Shown here one piece after another: positions 59,521 through 64,000 of a stretch of DNA of 64,000 bases. The translations under genes were made by a program, and so were the position numbers. Where the stretch lies: positions 305,536,001-305,600,000 of the forward strand of contig NW_027362761.1 in NCBI RefSeq assembly GCF_046119375.1, written 5' to 3'. Below the pieces are notes generated by a model, which was not told the origin of the DNA, did not search any database, and saw only the letters and a program-made list of their open reading frames with translations. Positions within the stretch are counted from its first letter, which is position 1. Each line of letters begins with the position of its first letter. Origin of the DNA: Phyllobates terribilis (taxonomy: Eukaryota).

Positions 59521-62368
59521 GTGAGCGGAGACTGGGAGAAGTGACCCCGCTGTGTCCTCTGGCCGCCCGCTGACCTCTGTTTCCCCACAGCTCCCCGGGG
59601 CTTGCACACCGTATACCAGACTGCGGAGCTGCCGGACACTCACCGCATGCTGCGGGACACATGCAGGGAATTCGCCGAGAAGGAGCTCCAGCCCATAGCT
59701 GCCCAGCTGGACCGAGAGCACCGGTACCCGAGGGAACAGGTGACTGCAATGCGGGGCTGCTGCTGCCCTTTCACCCACTGACCGCTGCGTCCTGAGCACT
59801 GGCTTCTGGGTAGTTTCCACCAATCACCTGTCCTCCTCACACTTCTTAGCGGCGGTAGAACTACAAGTGCCAGCGTGGACATGCCAGCACCATTCCAAGC
59901 TCTGCCCATTTCTGTAAATTCCTTTACCAGCCTGTTAACCTGTCAGCACATTACATATGTAGGCATCGCTGCTGAGGGGAGATGGTGGCGATCTGGGACT
60001 TCACTTTCCTTGCTGATCTGGTGTAACTCTAGGACTTCACTTTCTTGTGTAGCCCAGGCTGATTCCTTGTGGATCTAATGTAGATCTAGAACTTTTATTT
60101 ATTATTTTTTTTTATGTGGTGCTGGTGGATTCCCTGTGGATCTAGAGTGAATCTAGGATTTAGCTTACTTCTGTAGCTCAGGCGGATTCCCTGTGGATCT
60201 AGAGTGAATCTAGGATTTAGCTTACTTCTGTAGCTCAGGCGGATTCCCTGTGGATCTAGAGTGAATCTAGGATTTGGCTTTCTTCTGCAGCTCAGGCGGA
60301 TTCCCTGTGGATCTAGAGTGAATCTAGGATTTGGCTTTCTTCTGCAGCTCAGGCGGATTCCCTGTGGATCTAGAGTGAGCCTAGGATTTAGCTTACTTCA
60401 GTAGCTCAGGCGGATTCCCTGTGGATCTAGAGTAAGCTAAATCCTAGGCTCACTTCAGTAGCTGAGGCGGATTCCCTGTGGATCTAGAGTGAATCTAGGA
60501 TTTGGCTTACTTCTGTAGCTCAGGTGGATTCCCTGTGGATCTAGTGTGAATCTAGGATTTAGCTTACTTCTGTAGCTCAGGTGGATTCCCTGTGGATCTA
60601 GTGTGAGTCTAGGATTTAGCTTACTTCTGTAGCTCGGGTGGATTCCCTGTGGATCTAGTGTGAGTCTAGGATTTAGCTTACTTCTGTAGCTCAGGTGGAT
60701 TCCCTGTGGATCTAGTGTGAATCTAGGATTTAGCTTACTTCTGTAGCTCAGGTGGATTCCCTGTGGATCTAGAGTGAATCTAGAATTTAGCTTACTTCTG
60801 TAACTACCCTATAAGAGCTACCTGAACTCATATATTGGAAATAGAGAGTTTTTCTGCCAAAATGAGAAAACATGAGAACTTGTCCTCCCCAAACAAACTA
60901 TCTTTAGTTGGCGCAAACTGGGTTTATTTCAGAGTGGTGCAGTATTGCATGTAAATAGCAGTGGGGGAGGGGTTGATTTCCATGAAAAATACACAGAATA
61001 TGTGGAATTAGTTGTGCTTTCGCACTGAATTGCTTGTAGTTCCAGGCACATTTGATTCTTTAGTCCCTTGGGGACATATCCTAAAAGTTGTGCCGCTGGT
61101 AACTGTCTCTCAACTCCCCAATGTCTGCGATCGCTCAGCTTGGCCAAGTATGCCCGCCTCCTGGTAGAAATTCTTCTCCTGGGAGGACTAGGGATTTGGA
61201 AAGTTCAAATCCAATATGTCCAGTCCTCATATATGCCAATATCTGCCTTTGGGGAAAAATCAGGAGGCTGCCGGCTGAATGGGGTTATCCAGCACCTCTC
61301 GCTTCTGCATCGGGAAGTGACAGCCAGTTGACAGATATCCATCAGGCCTTATGTACTTTGCTGTAAGTATCGGTCTTATAAACTACAATAGGACCTGTGC
61401 AAAAGACCTGTTAAGTCTGAGAGATGCAGGATAATCCTTTGCATATTCATATTATTGCATAAGATAATGAATGATGGTTGAAACCTCTGTTGGAATTGTA
61501 GTGGCTGCCACATTGTTCTCCAACGCTCCTAGAGGCAGCAATAACCAAGGGCTTGCATGGACTAGTGATGTGTTTAATTTTTGGTACATTGAAATTCTCT
61601 CTGCAGGTTCAGAAGATGGGACAGATGGGATTACTGTCAGTGGAGGTCCCAGAAGATCTAGGTGGAGCTGGACTTGACTGCTTGGCTTATTCTATTGCAG
61701 AAGAAGAAATAAGTCGTGGCTGTGCATCCACCGGAGTCGTCATGAGTGTCAACAATGTGAGATAGAAAGATTTTACAGTGCGGACTTTGTGCCAGTAAAT
61801 AGGAGATAATGGGGGAGATTTATTCAGACCAGTCCTAATAAATAGCACTCTGGTGTAGAATGCATCTGATTTATTAAGAGCCTGAGCCTTTTAATAAATG
61901 GGGCAGATCGCTTGTTGTGTGTGCCAGAAAAAAACAGATCTGTGCCAGCCCCAGGCTGGGGAAGTTCTACACTCGTTGGGCTGTGTATGACAGCTCCTGA
62001 CACTAAGCTCCATCCACTTATTAGAGTGTGGCGTGTGTGAGCGGTGGAGAAAATGTACAAATTATTGTGTACATGTCATGGACCAAAATTTGCGACTTTA
62101 TTATTTTTTTTTAACTACATATTTGGTTTTACAGACAAAACACCCACATGACAATCTACTCTGACTGATGGGTGTTTTGCTTTATTCAATGTGCTCCATG
62201 TTTGTGAAACAGTGCTACCTAGTCGTAATATATTTATCATCTGTAGCTTTTTGTAGTCCCTTTATTTAGGTCCAATCTTCAAAAACTGCTCTGAAGAGCA
62301 GAAAAAGAAGTGGCTTACTCCATTTTGTAGCGGGGACAAGATCGGCTGCTTTGCACTAAGTGAACCAG
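59472..62368 (+). CDS. ACADS: Short-chain acyl-CoA dehydrogenase, exons 1-4 (gene continues beyond the window)
   Basis: join(59472..59520,59591..59739,61607..61756,62257..62368). Arg-rich mitochondrial presequence; [20 protein letters not shown]; [18 protein letters not shown]; [12 protein letters not shown]. Phases are consistent. Confidence 0.96.
59591..59739 (+). CDS. ACADS: ACADS coding exon 2
   Basis: [15 protein letters not shown]...HRYPREQ; 149 nt. Confidence 0.95.
60127..60802. repeat. 57-bp minisatellite, 12 units, in ACADS intron 2
   Basis: Unit GGATTCCCTGTGGATCTAGAGTGAATCTAGGATTTAGCTTACTTCTGTAGCTCAGGY, starting every 57 nt from 60127 to 60754. Confidence 0.97.
61607..61756 (+). 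CDS. ACADS: ACADS coding exon 3
   Basis: [10 protein letters not shown]...VMSVNN; 150 nt. Confidence 0.96.
62257..62368 (+). CDS. ACADS: ACADS coding exon 4
   Basis: SLYLGPIFK...CFALSEP; 112 nt. Confidence 0.96.
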
Positions 62369-62443
62369 GTTTGTAAAGTGCTTATGAATAAGGCTGTGCT
62401 TGAAATTTTGGGAACCCTTCAGAGATTTCCATATTTCTGTATA

Positions 62444-64000
62444 CAGTTGAGCTCAAACTACATCAGATTTTCACAAAAGTCCTAAAAAGTAAATAGAGAA
62501 CCACCAAATCAAACAAATGTAGAAAAAATATTAGACTTTTTATTTTTCTTATTAAGGAATATGATCCAATATCACATGTCTGTGAGTGGCAAAAGTATGT
62601 GAACCTTTGTTTTCAGTATCTGGTGTTGCCTCCTTGCACAGCAGTAACTGCATATAAACGTTTCAGATAAATGTTGATTAGTCTCCTGCACATTGGCTTG
62701 GAGGAATTTTGGCTAAACAACTGTTATTTTGGTGGCTTTTCTCCTATGGACTGCTCGCTTCAGGTCCTTCCACCAAATTTGTACAGTTTTAAGGTCTGGA
62801 CTTTGATTTGCCCATTCTAAAACTTTTACTATATTCTTCTTTAATCATCTTTTGTGGACTGACTTGTGTGCTTTAGGTTGTTGTCTTGCTGCATGACCCA
62901 CGTTTTTTTGAGATTCACTTCAAAAACAGATGTCCTGACATTTTCCTTTAGAATTTGTTGATAAAATTCATAATTCATTGTGTCATCAATGATGGCAAGT
63001 TGTCCTGGCCTAGATGCAGCAAAACATGCCCAAACCATGATACTGTCACCGTCGTGTTTCACAGATGGTAAGAGGTTTGTTTGCTGTAATGCAATGTTAT
63101 TATTTCTCCCAACATAACACATGTCATTTAAACCAAATATCTCTATTTTGGTCTCATTTGTCCACAAAACATTGTTTCAACAACCTTCTGGCTTATCTGT
63201 GTGAACTTTAGATCAGTGGCTTATTCCTTGCAGCCCAGTTATGCACACAATTGTTGTTCAGTGTCCTCCTGATGTTGGATTCATGAACATTAAGGTTAAG
63301 TGCCCACGTAGCGTTTTTGCGGCTTTTTTACGGCTGCGAAAACGCTTGTAAAACAGTCTGCCATGCAAAGCAATGTGAATTCAGATGTGCTGTGCACATG
63401 ATGCGCTAATTTGCGCGCCATTGAGGAACACTGAAACGCAGCAAACCCGAAGGTATATGTTGATTTGCTGCGTTTCAATTAAATTCAATGGCCGCGAATT
63501 TGCAGCGTAATCTCGGTGCGTGTGGTACCCGGGATGAAGATGAGACTACAACTCCTCTTCATCCCGGCTACCACGCGGTGAAAAAAAGAAATAAAAAAGT
63601 TAAAAATAAACATGTAAATCTGCATGCGTTTTTTTCTGCCAGAGAGAGGCAAAAACGCTCTGCATCAAATCTGCTACGTGGGCACATAGCGTAACTTCAG
63701 CAAATCTGAACAAGGCCTTTAGATGCTTAGAGGCTGCCTTGGGTTCCTTTATGACCTCGTAGTCTATTATAAACCTTTCTATTGGAGTGCTCTTGGTATG
63801 TCAAACACTCTTTAAGTGTTAATAATGGTCTTGAATTTCATCCATTTGTACACAATCTGTCTGACTGTGTATTGGTGGAGTCCAAACTGTTTAGAGATTT
63901 TGTAACCATTTCCAGCTCAATGAGTGTGAACATCTCTTCCGAAGGTCTCATAAATCTCCTTTGTTTGTGCCGTGATGTACTTCCACAAAGTGTTGTGAAG
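62444..64000 (-). mobile_element. Decayed Tc1 element in ACADS intron 4
   Basis: TA-CAGTTG terminus; minus-strand WTNETKIEIFG, VKHDGDSIMVWACF and VMQQDNNLKHT. Confidence 0.88.
63294..63691. mobile_element. PIF/Harbinger-type MITE nested in the Tc1 element
   Basis: TSD TAA; TIR core GTGCCCACGTAGC. Removing it restores GAACAT-TAA-CTTCAGC. Confidence 0.85.

Overview
Vertebrate genomic DNA, most likely a frog (inferred from the repeat families and the Xenopus-like proteins). Three spliced + strand genes lie in the same order as on human 12q24.31: MLEC (malectin, 5 coding exons, 22436-31864, 274 aa), UNC119B (5 coding exons, 45893-56003, 234 aa) and the first four exons of ACADS (59472-62368, continuing past the window). 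All splice sites are GT-AG and the reading phases are consistent. Most of the remaining sequence is transposon-derived. It includes a nearly full-length Tf1/sushi-type chromovirus (5051-11043) with an intact gag, a PEG10-type GGGAAAC frameshift site plus pseudoknot, and a probable self-priming PBS. It also includes an internally deleted class I (epsilon-like) endogenous retrovirus (14819-20885, 4-bp TSD CAAG) about 1.5 kb upstream of the MLEC start codon, several decayed Tc1 elements, two tandem DD38E (Intruder-type) elements, a 1278-bp solo LTR, many MITEs and two intronic minisatellites. I found no convincing wholly new biological system. The best leads are retroelement RNA signals (self-priming, frameshift pseudoknot, a decayed hammerhead, a tRNA-Ser PBS-like motif inside an LTR), possible LTR or ER-stress control of MLEC, two small template-switch inversions and unusual residues in ACADS. 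All coordinates, alignments and translations were done by eye. Comparisons with human proteins are from memory.
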